A stretch of DNA of 64,000 nt from Acidimicrobiia bacterium. Lineage in GTDB: Bacteria > Actinomycetota > Acidimicrobiia > Spongiisociales > Spongiisociaceae. Shown in pieces: positions 53,140 to 63,412 of this stretch. A model generated the notes under the pieces. That model was not told the DNA's origin, made no database searches, and was given only the letters and a program-made list of their open reading frames with translations. The position numbers and the translations under genes are program-made. The stretch covers positions 1,158,327-1,222,326 of the forward strand of contig OY760694.1 in NCBI GenBank assembly GCA_963663955.1, written 5' to 3'. Position 1 is the stretch's first letter, and every line of letters starts with the position of its first letter.

Positions 53140-54069
53140 CTACCAGCCCCGGTCTTGCATCCGCTGGGAAGCCGGAATGGTTTCGATCTCGATACCGACC
53201 ATCGCTTCGCCGAGGTTGCGTGACACCTTGGCGAGTATCTGGGCGTCGTTGTAGAAGGTGGTGGCTTCGACGATCGCCCGCGCCCTGACCGCGGGGTTGC
53301 CGCTCTTGAAAATCCCTGACCCTACGAACACCCCGTCACAGCCGAGCTGCATCATCATGGCTGCGTCAGCCGGGTTGGCGATCCCACCCGCTGCAAAGTT
53401 GACGACCGGTAGCCGACCGAGTTCCGCCACCTCGCGCAGCAAGTCGATCGGAGCGTTCAGGTCGCGGGCCAGAGCCATGATCTGGTCGTGACCGGCCCGC
53501 ACCGCCCTGCTTATCTCGTTGTTCATCTTGCGCATATGGGTGACCGCCTCCACCACGTTGCCGGTGCCCGGCTCGCCCTTGGTGCGGATCATCGCCGCTC
53601 CCTCCCCTATACGGCGGAGCGCTTCCCCCAGGTTGCGGGCGCCGCACACGAACGGAGTTGTGAATGCCCACTTGTCAATGTGATGTTCGACGTCGGCCGG
53701 CGTCAGCACTTCGGACTCGTCGATGTAATCGACGCTGAGGCCCTGCAAAATCTGGGCCTCCACGAAGTGGCCGATCCGAGCCTTGGCCATTACCGGAATG
53801 GAGACCGTTTCCATGATTTCTTCCACCCTGGCCGGATCCGCCATGCGCGCAACGCCACCGTGAGCGCGAATGTCGGCAGGTACTCGTTCCAGTGCCATGA
53901 CCGCGACGGCGCCGGCCTGTTCAGCGATCTCGGCCTGCTCCGCGTTGACAACGTCCATGATGACCCCACCCTTGAGCATCTCTGCGAGTCCCCGCTTTAC
54001 CCGTGCAGTGCCGGTGGTATGGCCTTTGGTGCCCTGTTCCACTGCCCCTTCCCTTCCATGACCAGTCAA
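53140..54069 (-). CDS. pdxS: Pyridoxal 5'-phosphate synthase lyase subunit PdxS
   Basis: Highly conserved PdxS/SNZ sequence ([13 protein letters not shown]...[15 protein letters not shown]...). Confidence 0.9.
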   Translation of the reverse strand: MTGHGREGAVEQGTKGHTTGTARVKRGLAEMLKGGVIMDVVNAEQAEIAEQAGAVAVMALERVPADIRAHGGVARMADPARVEEIMETVSIPVMAKARIGHFVEAQILQGLSVDYIDESEVLTPADVEHHIDKWAFTTPFVCGARNLGEALRRIGEGAAMIRTKGEPGTGNVVEAVTHMRKMNNEISRAVRAGHDQIMALARDLNAPIDLLREVAELGRLPVVNFAAGGIANPADAAMMMQLGCDGVFVGSGIFKSGNPAVRARAIVEATTFYNDAQILAKVSRNLGEAMVGIEIETIPASQRMQDRGW

Positions 54070-54323
54070 ACGGTAATCCTACTTGTAAATAGGAGGGTAC
54101 TGAAATGATGATCTAGACATCCCATGAGTGTAAATGTCAAGCTGCGGCTTGGTCGAGGGCGGTTCGGTGTGCCCAGGCGGTGTGTTAAGGATGCCTACGA
54201 GTCGATTGGCGAGGTGTAATTCCCCACCAACGCTGATTGGTCCAACCTATACGGCCGGGTTCGTCGAACATTGTGAAATACATATCGCATTGCAATACGG
54301 TACGCTCGTCGCATGGTGCGGAC

Positions 54324-54537
54324 GTGGCTCGAATCGACGAGGAGTTGGCGGTCGAGGTTGACCGCGGCGTGGTCAGGTCCAAGTCGGAGGCGGTTCGTTG
54401 GGGACTGCGGGAACTCCTCGAGCGGGAGAGACGTCAAACCATCGGGGCTGCGATTGTTGAGGGGTACCGGCGCATCCCACAGACCGGGAGTGAGGCCGGC
54501 TGGACAGACGATTCAGCCAGGTCCATGATCGCCCAGG
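54324..54537 (+). pseudogene. parD: ParD-family (ribbon-helix-helix) antitoxin gene truncated by a partial MITE; no cognate toxin gene follows
   Basis: The frame reads VARIDEELAVEVDRGVVRSKSEAVRWGLRELLERERRQTIGAAIVEGYRRIPQTGSEAGWTDDSARSMIAQ, resembling ParD (..SASEVIRSALRLLE..E..L..I.EG..SG..). It reads through into repeat sequence at 54538. Confidence 0.5.
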
Positions 54538-54617
54538 TAGCTGTATTGCCTGGTCAGGGGCGTGATTACGGCGTAATCGACTCATCTGTCAAACCCCCAT
54601 CCATGAATAATCGGGGT
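54538..54617 (-). mobile_element. MITE partial copy H (right half only)
   Basis: 79 of 80 positions identical to the right half of copy D. It ends with a TA flank at 54618-19. Confidence 0.8.
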
Positions 54618-54726
54618 TACTGGTTACCCACCGGTATGCAGAGGGGGTGTGACAGTTTTTTACGGCGGTCGGGCAGCGCCCGTCAGAAAGATTTCTCGGT
54701 CTCCCGAACACAAGCGACACAACGAT

Positions 54727-55761
54727 TCAGGACGCCAGAGCCTTTCTGTACAGGGTTCGATAGTGATCGGTAACCATTCCCCAATCGAATGCCATCACCC
54801 GCTCCGAGGATGCCGCAGCCAGCCTTCCGCGGAGGTCGGCATCGGTCAGGACACGGACGAGAGCGGAGGCAAGGGCTGCTCGGTCGCCGTTGGGAAACAG
54901 GAGACCTGAGCCGTCCAACACATCAGAGAAGGCGATCAGGTCGCTTGCCACAATGGCGCATCCGGCCGCCATTCCCTCGGCTACCGTGATCCCGAAGCTT
55001 TCTCCTCCCCTGTTGGGGGCGCAGAACACCGCGCTGGTGGCCAAGACGGTACGCTTTTCTTCCTCACTTATTCGGCCCAAATAGCGTACCCCTTCTACAG
55101 GAGGCTCGTCCCCACCCCCGATTATGACCAGTTCGGCGTCCGGCGCCAGTGAACGTACCCGGGGCCATGAATCCAGGAGTAGGTCGCGTCCTTTCCGGGG
55201 CTCGGGGCGGCCGACGAAAGCCACCTGGCGGTGGTTCCTTTCGTTCGGTATTCGGAATGCCCCGACGTCGATAGCGTTGGGAATCACCACCGGCTGGATG
55301 TCCAGCATGTCGATTCCTCGCCGGGCGGTCCGGCTGACGGTCGTGGTCAGGCAGCCGCGCAGTTGGCGGCGGAGAATCGTGCGGGTCGCTCGGTAGAATG
55401 CCTTCACCGTCGGGGGTGGGTCGGCGTGAAAGGTGACCACTCGGGGTTTTCGGGGCACCAGGGCGGCCCAACCGACCAGCGGTACAAAGGGTTCGTGTAT
55501 ATGAACCATATCCGCCCGATGCAGCGCCTCCGCGACCCGGCGGGCAACCCCCGGCGAAAGTCCCAGCGGAGCTCTCGAACGGTTGGCGCGTACCGTTACC
55601 GACCTCCCCACGTCGATCCGGTCGGATCCCTCTCCCGCGGCAGGAGCCACCACGTAAGCTTGGTCACCGTGACCCTGCAGCTGTCTTACTAGGCCCGTCA
55701 CCTGCTGCTGGACCCCACCGGGAACATCGAGTCCGTACGGAGAGACAACGGCGATTCTCAC
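54727..55761 (-). CDS. pimA: GT4 glycosyltransferase (PimA-like phosphatidylinositol mannosyltransferase)
   Basis: GT-B fold with the EX7E-type motif region (ESFGITVAEGMAAG). It is the third gene of the pgsA-patA-pimA operon and its ATG overlaps the patA stop (ATGA). Confidence 0.75.
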   Translation of the reverse strand: MRIAVVSPYGLDVPGGVQQQVTGLVRQLQGHGDQAYVVAPAAGEGSDRIDVGRSVTVRANRSRAPLGLSPGVARRVAEALHRADMVHIHEPFVPLVGWAALVPRKPRVVTFHADPPPTVKAFYRATRTILRRQLRGCLTTTVSRTARRGIDMLDIQPVVIPNAIDVGAFRIPNERNHRQVAFVGRPEPRKGRDLLLDSWPRVRSLAPDAELVIIGGGDEPPVEGVRYLGRISEEEKRTVLATSAVFCAPNRGGESFGITVAEGMAAGCAIVASDLIAFSDVLDGSGLLFPNGDRAALASALVRVLTDADLRGRLAAASSERVMAFDWGMVTDHYRTLYRKALAS

Positions 55762-56678
55762 TCTTGCATCCGATGGTCATCTCTCCGATGATCGACAAGG
55801 TAACGGTGGTCGGACGGCCAGTTCGGTTGAACGAGGTGCCATTGGGTGGGCGCGGACCTTATCAGTTCTTCGAAACGGTGGGCCAACTCCTGGGTCATCA
55901 CCTCGGCCCGTCGCGGGGTTGTAGCAGGCGGGGGTGACACAGGTGGAAGAACCAACATCCGGTGACCGGCGCCCGATTTGAAGTACGAGGCGCAAGGTAG
56001 GAGGACCGCGCCGGTTCGCAGGGCCAACACCGCCGGTCCGGCGGGCAGAGAGGTTCGCTCTCCGAAGAAATCGACTTCGATGCCCTTTCCCCCGATGTTT
56101 CGATCGGCGACCAGGGCAACCAGCCTTCCCTCCCTTAGCGCGGTCAGCAGCGCCCTGATGGTGGAGGGGCCTTTGGCGAGGATCACCTGTATCGAGAGTT
56201 GGGCCCTCAGGCTCACGAACCATGCAGCAAGGCGGCGGTTCTCCAGAGCTTCGGCCACCGCGGTGATGCGCACCCCCACCTCATCGGAAAGGGTGCCCGC
56301 CATCTCCCAGTTCCCCATATGGGGTAACGCCACGATTATCGGACGGTTCTCGGCTTGGGCCGCTCTTACATGTTGCAGGCCTTCCAGGCTCATCCGACCG
56401 CGGACCTGATCGGCGCGACGGGGCCGGAACCAAAGGGTCTCAGCCCAGTATCGGCCGTACTCGGCAAACATTTCTCGAGCTGCGTTCCGGACCGCCCCGC
56501 TGTTCTCGTGGCCCAACACCCGCCCCATGTGTCGGAGAGCCATTGCCTTGCGATCCTTGGCCCAGTACCACGACATTCGGCCTGCTGCGCGCCCGAGATG
56601 ACGGATGACCGGTTCAGGTAAGACCGTGATCAGACCGGCCCCTAGCCGGTAAGCGATAAAGGTTGCCCAGCCACTCAC
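55758..56678 (-). CDS. patA: PatA-like phosphatidylinositol-mannoside acyltransferase (HtrB/LPLAT family)
   Basis: LPHMGNWEMAG (HX4D-variant loop), VDFFGERTSLPAGPA and QWHLVQPNW match mycobacterial PatA. A GTG start overlaps the pgsA stop (GTGA). The tool ORF (521 aa) runs on spuriously. Confidence 0.75.
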   Translation of the reverse strand: MSGWATFIAYRLGAGLITVLPEPVIRHLGRAAGRMSWYWAKDRKAMALRHMGRVLGHENSGAVRNAAREMFAEYGRYWAETLWFRPRRADQVRGRMSLEGLQHVRAAQAENRPIIVALPHMGNWEMAGTLSDEVGVRITAVAEALENRRLAAWFVSLRAQLSIQVILAKGPSTIRALLTALREGRLVALVADRNIGGKGIEVDFFGERTSLPAGPAVLALRTGAVLLPCASYFKSGAGHRMLVLPPVSPPPATTPRRAEVMTQELAHRFEELIRSAPTQWHLVQPNWPSDHRYLVDHRRDDHRMQE

Positions 56679-57268
56679 CCGCTGAGTTGGCGCCAGGTCT
56701 TGTAGAAACGTTGGAACACGGTGAGCCAGGTGAGGGTGGCCAGCAACCAGAGCATGATCGTCACCTGGTTCAGCGCCAGACCGACGGTGAACAGGATCAC
56801 CCGCTCGGCGCGACCCATGATTCCTCCCCGCCCCTCGACGCGGCCGATGTCCGCCTTGGCCCTCATGTAGGAGACCAGCAGTGACGCCCCGAGGCTCAGC
56901 ACGCACAACACCACCAGGGCCGGATCTCCCTCTTGCGGCGATCGAAGTGAGGAAAGCCAGAAGGCGCACCCGGCGAACATGGCAGTCTCGCCTAGGCGGT
57001 CCGACACCGAATCGATCAGCGCGCCGCGGGCGGATGCCGTGCCGGCCGCTCGTGCAACCGCCCCGTCGAGACCGTCTAGGGCGGAACCCACCAGGATGAC
57101 CAAAGCTCCCGCCTGAACGTCGCCGTTTGCGAGCAACCCCGATCCGATCAGGGTTACAACGAGGCCGGTGAGGGTCAGGTGAGCCGGGCGGACCCGGATC
57201 CGCACCAGTCCACGGCCCAGCGGGGCTACCACCTTCTCGACATGTTGTCGGGTCCACAGTTCGATCAA
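56675..57268 (-). CDS. pgsA: CDP-alcohol phosphatidyltransferase (phosphatidylinositol phosphate synthase PgsA1-like)
   Basis: CDP-OH-P motif DGLDGAVAR...GALIDSVSDR, 197 aa, membrane protein. Confidence 0.85.
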   Translation of the reverse strand: MIELWTRQHVEKVVAPLGRGLVRIRVRPAHLTLTGLVVTLIGSGLLANGDVQAGALVILVGSALDGLDGAVARAAGTASARGALIDSVSDRLGETAMFAGCAFWLSSLRSPQEGDPALVVLCVLSLGASLLVSYMRAKADIGRVEGRGGIMGRAERVILFTVGLALNQVTIMLWLLATLTWLTVFQRFYKTWRQLSG

Positions 57269-57333
57269 ATAATGCTCCTTGTATTTGGCAAAGTACCATA
57301 GTTACGCCGTTCCGCACGATCACCTACACTCGG

Positions 57334-59406
57334 TTGTCCGAGAGGAGGTTCGCCAGGATGGGACCGGACAGAATACGCAACGTGGGGTTGTTCGGCCACG
57401 GCGGTGCAGGCAAGACCGCTGTGGCCGAAGCACTCCTGTACAACGCGGGGATGACTACCCGCATCGGTACTGTCGAAGCCGGCAATACCGTGATGGACTA
57501 CGAGCCCGAGGAGATTGAACGTCAGAATTCGCTTGGGTTGGGGATTGCCGCGTTCAATCTCAATGGTCACCGGGTAAACCTGATCGATACACCCGGTTAT
57601 GCAGATTTCATCGGTGACGCTCTCGCTGCTCTGAGAGCAGTGGATATCGCCATTTTTGTGGTGTCCGCGGTGGATGGTGTCGAAGTTCAGACCGAATTGC
57701 TTTGGGAGGCTGCTCAGCAGGAAGGGATAGCCAAGGCGGTTTTCATCAACAAGCTGGATCGCGACCGCGCCTCCTTCTCCCGTACGCTTGACCAGTTGAT
57801 CGAGGTATTCGGTAAGCGAATCGCACCGGTTCAGATACCGATCGGCGCCGAAGATGACTTTTCGGGAATAGTCCGTCTGGTGTCGGGCCAGGCTATGGAA
57901 TACCGGAATGGTCAGACTAAGGGATCACCCAAGAGCCCCCCGCCTGAGGTAGCCGACATGTTCGACGAGACCCGCCTGGCGCTGGTGGAGACGGTGGTCG
58001 AAACCGACGATGACCTCCTCGAAGCCTATTTCGAGGGCGAAGAGCCGTCAGCGCAGCAAATGATACGGGTTATTCACGACGGGATGATCGCCGGCGAAAT
58101 GTTCCCGGTCCTGGTCGGGTCGGCGGGGTCCTTGGTGGGGATTGACACCCTGGCCGAGTTTATTGTCGACTTCGCTCCCACCCCTCTCGAACGTCCCATG
58201 CCATCCACCAGCGTCGGTGATCTGGCCCCCGATCCGACCGGTCCGATAGCCGCCTACACCTTCAAGACATCCGGTGACCAGTACGTCGGGCGTGTTAACA
58301 CCTTCCGCGTGTTCTCGGGCTCGCTCGATCTCGATGGTTTCCTGGAAACCTCAGGGGGATCTCGGGTCAGGATGACCAATCTCTTCGCCATGCAGGGGAA
58401 GGACCATGCAGACGTAGGACCGGTCGGCGTGGGGTCGATCGCATCGGTCGCGAAACTGGATGCGCTCCGAGTGGGCGACACCCTACGATCACCCGGCGCC
58501 GGGGTGGAGATAGTTCCGGTTCAAGTACCGCAACCTGTACACGAGGTCACCGTCATACCGCGGTCCACCCACGACGAGGACAAACTTTCAACCGCGCTGG
58601 CCCGCGTTCAGGAGGAGGATCCCACCATTGTGGTGGAGCGACGGCCCGAAACCAAGGAGACCGTAATGTCCGGCCTGGGAGAAGCCCATGTGTCTGTCAC
58701 GCTGGCCCGAGTTTCACGGCGCTTTGGAGTAGAGGTCAATGTCGGGATACCGCGCATCCCCTACCGTGAGACGGTGCTGGGCCGGGCGGATGTGGAAGGC
58801 AAGCACAAGAAGCAGTCCGGTGGCCGAGGGCAGTTCGGTGTGGCCTACGTCAGATTCGAGCCCAACCAACGTGGAGAAGGCTACGAATTCGTAGACCGGA
58901 TAAAGGGCGGCTCCATCCCTCGCAACCTGATACCGGCTGTGGACAAAGGCATTAGAGAAGCTCTGGAGCGGGGAATCCTGGCCGGCTATCCGGTGATCGA
59001 TGTCCGAGCGACGGTGTACGACGGAAAGTTCCACTCGGTTGATTCGGACGAACTCAGTTTCCGGATGGCCGGGATCATGGCGGTTCGGTCGGCGGCGCCG
59101 GATCTACGGGCCACGATCCTGGAGCCCATATCCGTGGTCAACGTACGGGTACCCGAGGACTATATGGGCGATGTCATCGGAGACATCAACTCGAAGCGGG
59201 GCCGCGTTCTCGGAATGGATGCGGACGGACGGAGTCGGGTGGTTAGCGCCGAAGTTCCGATGTCGGAGATGCAAAGGTATTCTGTGGACCTACGGTCTAT
59301 GACCGGGGGCCGGGGATCGTTCGAGATTTCGTTCTCCCACTATGACCCGGCGCCGCCCCAGGAGGTTCGGAAGGTCGTGTTGGCGTCCCAATCCGATTCC
59401 GATTAG
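57334..59406 (+). CDS. Elongation factor G paralog (EF-G2-like translational GTPase)
   Basis: G motifs GHGGAGKT and DTPGYADF, with EF-G domains II to V. Confidence 0.85.
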   Translation: MSERRFARMGPDRIRNVGLFGHGGAGKTAVAEALLYNAGMTTRIGTVEAGNTVMDYEPEEIERQNSLGLGIAAFNLNGHRVNLIDTPGYADFIGDALAALRAVDIAIFVVSAVDGVEVQTELLWEAAQQEGIAKAVFINKLDRDRASFSRTLDQLIEVFGKRIAPVQIPIGAEDDFSGIVRLVSGQAMEYRNGQTKGSPKSPPPEVADMFDETRLALVETVVETDDDLLEAYFEGEEPSAQQMIRVIHDGMIAGEMFPVLVGSAGSLVGIDTLAEFIVDFAPTPLERPMPSTSVGDLAPDPTGPIAAYTFKTSGDQYVGRVNTFRVFSGSLDLDGFLETSGGSRVRMTNLFAMQGKDHADVGPVGVGSIASVAKLDALRVGDTLRSPGAGVEIVPVQVPQPVHEVTVIPRSTHDEDKLSTALARVQEEDPTIVVERRPETKETVMSGLGEAHVSVTLARVSRRFGVEVNVGIPRIPYRETVLGRADVEGKHKKQSGGRGQFGVAYVRFEPNQRGEGYEFVDRIKGGSIPRNLIPAVDKGIREALERGILAGYPVIDVRATVYDGKFHSVDSDELSFRMAGIMAVRSAAPDLRATILEPISVVNVRVPEDYMGDVIGDINSKRGRVLGMDADGRSRVVSAEVPMSEMQRYSVDLRSMTGGRGSFEISFSHYDPAPPQEVRKVVLASQSDSD

Positions 59407-59431
59407 CCGAGCAGGAACCGCTGAACACCTA

Positions 59432-60712
59432 ATGGAGATAGCAAAAGTCCAAGTCCAGAACGAAGATCCTGTCGATCTGCCGGTTGTGAAGGGAACGGAA
59501 GGTGGTAGGGCGATCAGCATTGCGCATCTTCGTAGCGCCACCGGTTTCGTGACCTTCGACCCGGGTTACGGCAACACGGCCGAGGCGGCCAGCGCCATCA
59601 CCTTCGTCGACGGTGAGAAGGGCGTACTTCGTTATCGGGGTTATCCGGTGGACCAGTTAGTCCGGCATTCCTCCTTCTTGGAGGTGTGCTACCTGCTGGA
59701 TCGGGGCGAGTTGCCCTCGCTGAACCAACTCGGGAGTTTTCGACAAGAGATTGCAGGCAACGGCTCGCTGCCGGGAGATCTGGCGACCCTTCTCGAGTCC
59801 ATTCCTTCAAGTATTCACCCGATGCAGAAGTTGGCCGCGGCGGTGGCGCTTCTCGGTTCGTACCGTTCCGGCAAAGGCGGTATTGGCCGAACGGAAGATG
59901 GCGCTTCCAGCTCGATACAGCTCCTGGCCAAGTTACCGACGCTGGCAGCCTGGTCATACCGGAGCACTACCGACAAGACCTATCTGGAACCGCAGGATGA
60001 TCTGGGGTATGCCGCGAACTTCCTCAACATGATGTTCGCTCCGGGAAGCGGGCAAAATGAGATTCCGGAGGCACACATCCTGGCTCTGGAAGCCCTTCTC
60101 CTTCTTCATGCCGATCACGGCCAAAATCTCTCGACCTCGGCGGTGCGGCTGGTCGGCTCAAGTCACGCCGAGCTGTTCTCGGCTATCTCAGCGGGGATCC
60201 TCGCTCTATCAGGCCCTCTTCATGGAGGGGCCAACCAGAGTGTGATAGAGATGCTGGAGGAGATTCTCGCTACCGGTGGTGACACTCGCACATTCATCGA
60301 ACGGGCCAAGGATCGTACCGATCCCTTCCGGCTGATGGGTTTCGGTCATCGCGTGTACCGAAACTACGACCCTCGGGCCGAGTTGATCAAACAACATGCC
60401 GAGGACCTGCTGGCGGAAGGGAAGGACCCGTTGCTCGAAGTAGCTCTGCGGCTGGAGGAGGAGGCTTTGGCTGACGATTTCTTCAGCGAGCGCAGGATCT
60501 ACCCCAATGTGGACTTCTACTCGGGCATCATATACCGAGCGATGGGCTTCCCCAGCGACATGTTCACGGTTCTTTTCGCCCTAGGGCGTCTCCCCGGCTG
60601 GTTGGCTCAGTGGAGGGAGATGATCGAAGATCCCTCATCCAAGCTCAAACGCCCAAGGCAGATCTACACCGGTCACTCCCGCCGGGACTACATACCGATG
60701 GAAGATCGTTAG
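59432..60712 (+). CDS. gltA: Citrate synthase
   Basis: Catalytic motifs GFGHRVY, HADHG and the DPR region. The start MEIAKVQ at 59432 is chosen because the tool ORF start overlaps the EF-G gene. Confidence 0.9.
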   Translation: MEIAKVQVQNEDPVDLPVVKGTEGGRAISIAHLRSATGFVTFDPGYGNTAEAASAITFVDGEKGVLRYRGYPVDQLVRHSSFLEVCYLLDRGELPSLNQLGSFRQEIAGNGSLPGDLATLLESIPSSIHPMQKLAAAVALLGSYRSGKGGIGRTEDGASSSIQLLAKLPTLAAWSYRSTTDKTYLEPQDDLGYAANFLNMMFAPGSGQNEIPEAHILALEALLLLHADHGQNLSTSAVRLVGSSHAELFSAISAGILALSGPLHGGANQSVIEMLEEILATGGDTRTFIERAKDRTDPFRLMGFGHRVYRNYDPRAELIKQHAEDLLAEGKDPLLEVALRLEEEALADDFFSERRIYPNVDFYSGIIYRAMGFPSDMFTVLFALGRLPGWLAQWREMIEDPSSKLKRPRQIYTGHSRRDYIPMEDR

Positions 60713-60741
60713 GTGGGGGATATTGAAGTGAGGAATCGCTA

Positions 60742-61236
60742 GTGGATGGAATCCGGATCCCTAAGGATCTGGCCGCTGCCGAGGGCGTTCCGGAGGACCT
60801 CGACTCGGGTATTCCAGGTCCATATCGGTTTCCCTCACCGGACCGTCGGCGGTCGGCAGCCTTCATCTATGTGATGGGAGCGGTTATCGCTGCTCTTGGA
60901 GCCTTGGCCGGGCTCGCTTCCGGGTTGTGGGTGGCATCCGTGGGGTTTCTCGGACTGGCCTACTTGCATGACCGGGCCGCCTGGCCGTTGGTAGTCGACC
61001 AGGAGCAGGCTTTAGGCAGTGCGGCGACTCGCATTCCGTTCCCCGTGGGTCACGCCTCAGCGGCCCTAGGGTTTAGGGGTTTGCGATCGCGGCCGGTTTG
61101 GAACGTGATCCTCTACTCGTCTTCCGACCCCCCGGATCGTAGAGCCCTGGTACGCCTGGATGCCGTAACCGGTGAACAGATTGACAGCACCTACATCCAG
61201 GATTTGGAAGGAATCACGGTTCCGGAAGGTCTGTAA
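60742..61236 (+). CDS. Hypothetical membrane protein
   Basis: 164 aa with one or two predicted TM helices (AAFIYVMGAVIAALGALAGLASGLWVASVGFLGLAYL). No recognisable domain. Confidence 0.4.
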   Translation: MDGIRIPKDLAAAEGVPEDLDSGIPGPYRFPSPDRRRSAAFIYVMGAVIAALGALAGLASGLWVASVGFLGLAYLHDRAAWPLVVDQEQALGSAATRIPFPVGHASAALGFRGLRSRPVWNVILYSSSDPPDRRALVRLDAVTGEQIDSTYIQDLEGITVPEGL

Positions 61237-61274
61237 TCCGGTCTTCCCGAGCGGGCGCAGGCTCACAGTCGCTA

Positions 61275-61305
61275 GCCCTTATAATTCAGGTTTCCCCACA
61301 CACCG
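61275..61305 (-). mobile_element. MITE remnant I (terminal about 31 bp)
   Basis: GCCCTTATAATTCAGGTTTCCCCACACACCG preceded by TA. It lies immediately after the thrS stop. Confidence 0.6.
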
Positions 61306-61310
61306 CCTGC

Positions 61311-63242
61311 TCAGTGGGGGACTTGGGCGGCGGCGCTTATTCTTTCCACCGCGGTATCCAGAGGAACGCCGCGCTTTTCCCGTCCACGGCCCAGTCGCAG
61401 TCCGACCGTCCGGTTGGCGAGATCGTGATCACCTACTACCACCACCGCCGGAACCTTCTGGGTGAGCGCTTTGCGGACCTTCTCCCCCAGCTTGCCCGGT
61501 CCGGTGGCCGACTCGACTCGAAGACCGATCGTTTCGAGTGAATCAGCGACCTCTTTCGTGTAGCCGTGGTGACGGTCGGCGACGGGAATAATCGTCACCT
61601 GTACGGGAGCGAGCCACATCGGCATCGCACCCGCGTAGTGTTCGACGAGAACGCCGACGAACCGTTCAACGGAACCGAACTTGGCGGCATGAATCATGAC
61701 GGGACGTTCTCGGGTGTCTTGGCGGGTTACGTACTCGAGACCGAAGCGTTCCGGTAGCGAGAAGTCAACCTGAATGGTGGACATCTGCCAGCGCCGCCCG
61801 ATAGCGTCCCTTACGTGCACGTCGATCTTCGGTCCGTAGAAGGCGCCCTCCCCGGTTGCTACCCGGTGAGGGATACCGACCTCGGTCAAGGCCTCCATGA
61901 GGGCCTGTTCCGCTAGGTTCCACAGTGCGAGGTCGCCGACCCATTTGTCTGTCGGCCTAGTCGCCAGTTCGGCCTCGAACTCGTCGAAGCCGAAGTCCCG
62001 CAGCAGTCTGAGCACGAAGTCGAGGTGTAGCAGGAGTTCCGACGGAACTTGCTCAAGGGTGCAGAAAGTATGGGAGTCGTCCTGGGTGAAGCCCCTTGCT
62101 CGCAGCAGGCCGTGCACAACACCGGATCGCTCGTAACGGTAGACCGCACCCAACTCGGACAGGCGCATCGGAAGCTCCCGGTAGGAACGCGCCGAGGATC
62201 GGTAGACGAGCACATGAAACGGGCAGTTCATGGGCTTTACCCGGTATTCGTCCCGCCGATCCATCTCCAATCCGGGATACATGTTCTCGGCATAGAAGCC
62301 GAGATGACCGGAAGTGTCCCAGAGTTGCGCCTTTGCCAGATGGGGCGAGTTCACGAAATCGAACCCGTAACTCTCATGGAGTCGACGGCTGTAAGCCTCC
62401 ACCTGGCGGCGTAGCATCCCTCCTTTCGGGTGCCAGACCGCCAAACCCGGTCCGAGTTCCTCGGGGAACGAGAAGAGGTCGAGCTCTCGTCCGAGTTTTC
62501 GGTGATCTCTCCGGGCCGCCTCTTCGATCCGGTGAAGGTATGTCCGCAGGGCTTTGCGGTTCTCCCATGCGGTGCCGTATATGCGTTGTAACTGTGGTCT
62601 GTGTTCGTCTCCCCGCCAGTAGGCGCCGGCCGTCCGCAGCAGTTTCACCGCCTTCAAACAGCCCGTGGAGGGCAGGTGCGGACCGCGGCACAGGTCTACG
62701 AAGGCGCCGTTACGATACACGGAGACCGCGTCGGACGATTCGACCTCGGAGGAATCTACCGAGCGAATTATCTCGACTTTGTAGGGGTGTTCGCCGAACA
62801 GCTCCAATCCGTCTTTTATCGACATCTCGGCCCTCTCGAAGGCTTGGTCGACGGTGATTATCCGGTCCATCTCCGCTTCGATCCGGGCGAGATCGTCGGG
62901 AGTGAACGGGCGACCGATATCAAAGTCGTAGTAGAACCCATCCGTAATCGGGGGACCGATCGCAAAAGTGGCGCCCTCGAAAAGGTTGAGTACCGCCTGA
63001 GCAAGGATATGAGCCGCCGAGTGGCGTATCACGGCTCGTCCTTCATCGGAGGTTCCGGTGATCACTCGGAACCGGCCCCCCGCTTCGATCGGGCGGTCTA
63101 GGTCGAGTGCAACGCCGTCAACAGTTACGGCCACGGCCGCGGCGGACAGCTTCCTGCCGATCGAACCGGCCACCTCGCGTCCGGTTGTTCCCTGAGGGAA
63201 GGCGCTAATGGATTCGTCGGGGAGAGTCAGTTCTATATTCAT
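61311..63242 (-). CDS. thrS: Threonine--tRNA ligase
   Basis: TGS and editing domains, class-II catalytic core motifs and an anticodon-binding domain. The start MNIELTLPDE is preceded by AGG-rich RBS. Confidence 0.9.
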   Translation of the reverse strand: MNIELTLPDESISAFPQGTTGREVAGSIGRKLSAAAVAVTVDGVALDLDRPIEAGGRFRVITGTSDEGRAVIRHSAAHILAQAVLNLFEGATFAIGPPITDGFYYDFDIGRPFTPDDLARIEAEMDRIITVDQAFERAEMSIKDGLELFGEHPYKVEIIRSVDSSEVESSDAVSVYRNGAFVDLCRGPHLPSTGCLKAVKLLRTAGAYWRGDEHRPQLQRIYGTAWENRKALRTYLHRIEEAARRDHRKLGRELDLFSFPEELGPGLAVWHPKGGMLRRQVEAYSRRLHESYGFDFVNSPHLAKAQLWDTSGHLGFYAENMYPGLEMDRRDEYRVKPMNCPFHVLVYRSSARSYRELPMRLSELGAVYRYERSGVVHGLLRARGFTQDDSHTFCTLEQVPSELLLHLDFVLRLLRDFGFDEFEAELATRPTDKWVGDLALWNLAEQALMEALTEVGIPHRVATGEGAFYGPKIDVHVRDAIGRRWQMSTIQVDFSLPERFGLEYVTRQDTRERPVMIHAAKFGSVERFVGVLVEHYAGAMPMWLAPVQVTIIPVADRHHGYTKEVADSLETIGLRVESATGPGKLGEKVRKALTQKVPAVVVVGDHDLANRTVGLRLGRGREKRGVPLDTAVERISAAAQVPH

Positions 63243-63412
63243 ATGAAATCGCGGTTGCCGGGATGTCCTGTTTGCAGGCATGTAGTTGCCGGAATAAGCT
63301 CGTTCCGTTTCAAGGTTAATCGTTCTCAACCGGTAGGCCTTGCGGCGACATCCACCCGCCCTGATCGGGGTTAAGGTGACACGAAGGCGATAGAACGAGG
63401 GTGGCGGCTGGT

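Noticed and set aside
55758-57323. 521-aa ORF spanning patA and running over pgsA in another frame.
   Set aside because: The N-terminal 215 residues are Arg/Gly/Pro-rich out-of-frame translation of the pgsA gene. PatA homology starts at the GTG at 56678, which overlaps the pgsA stop.
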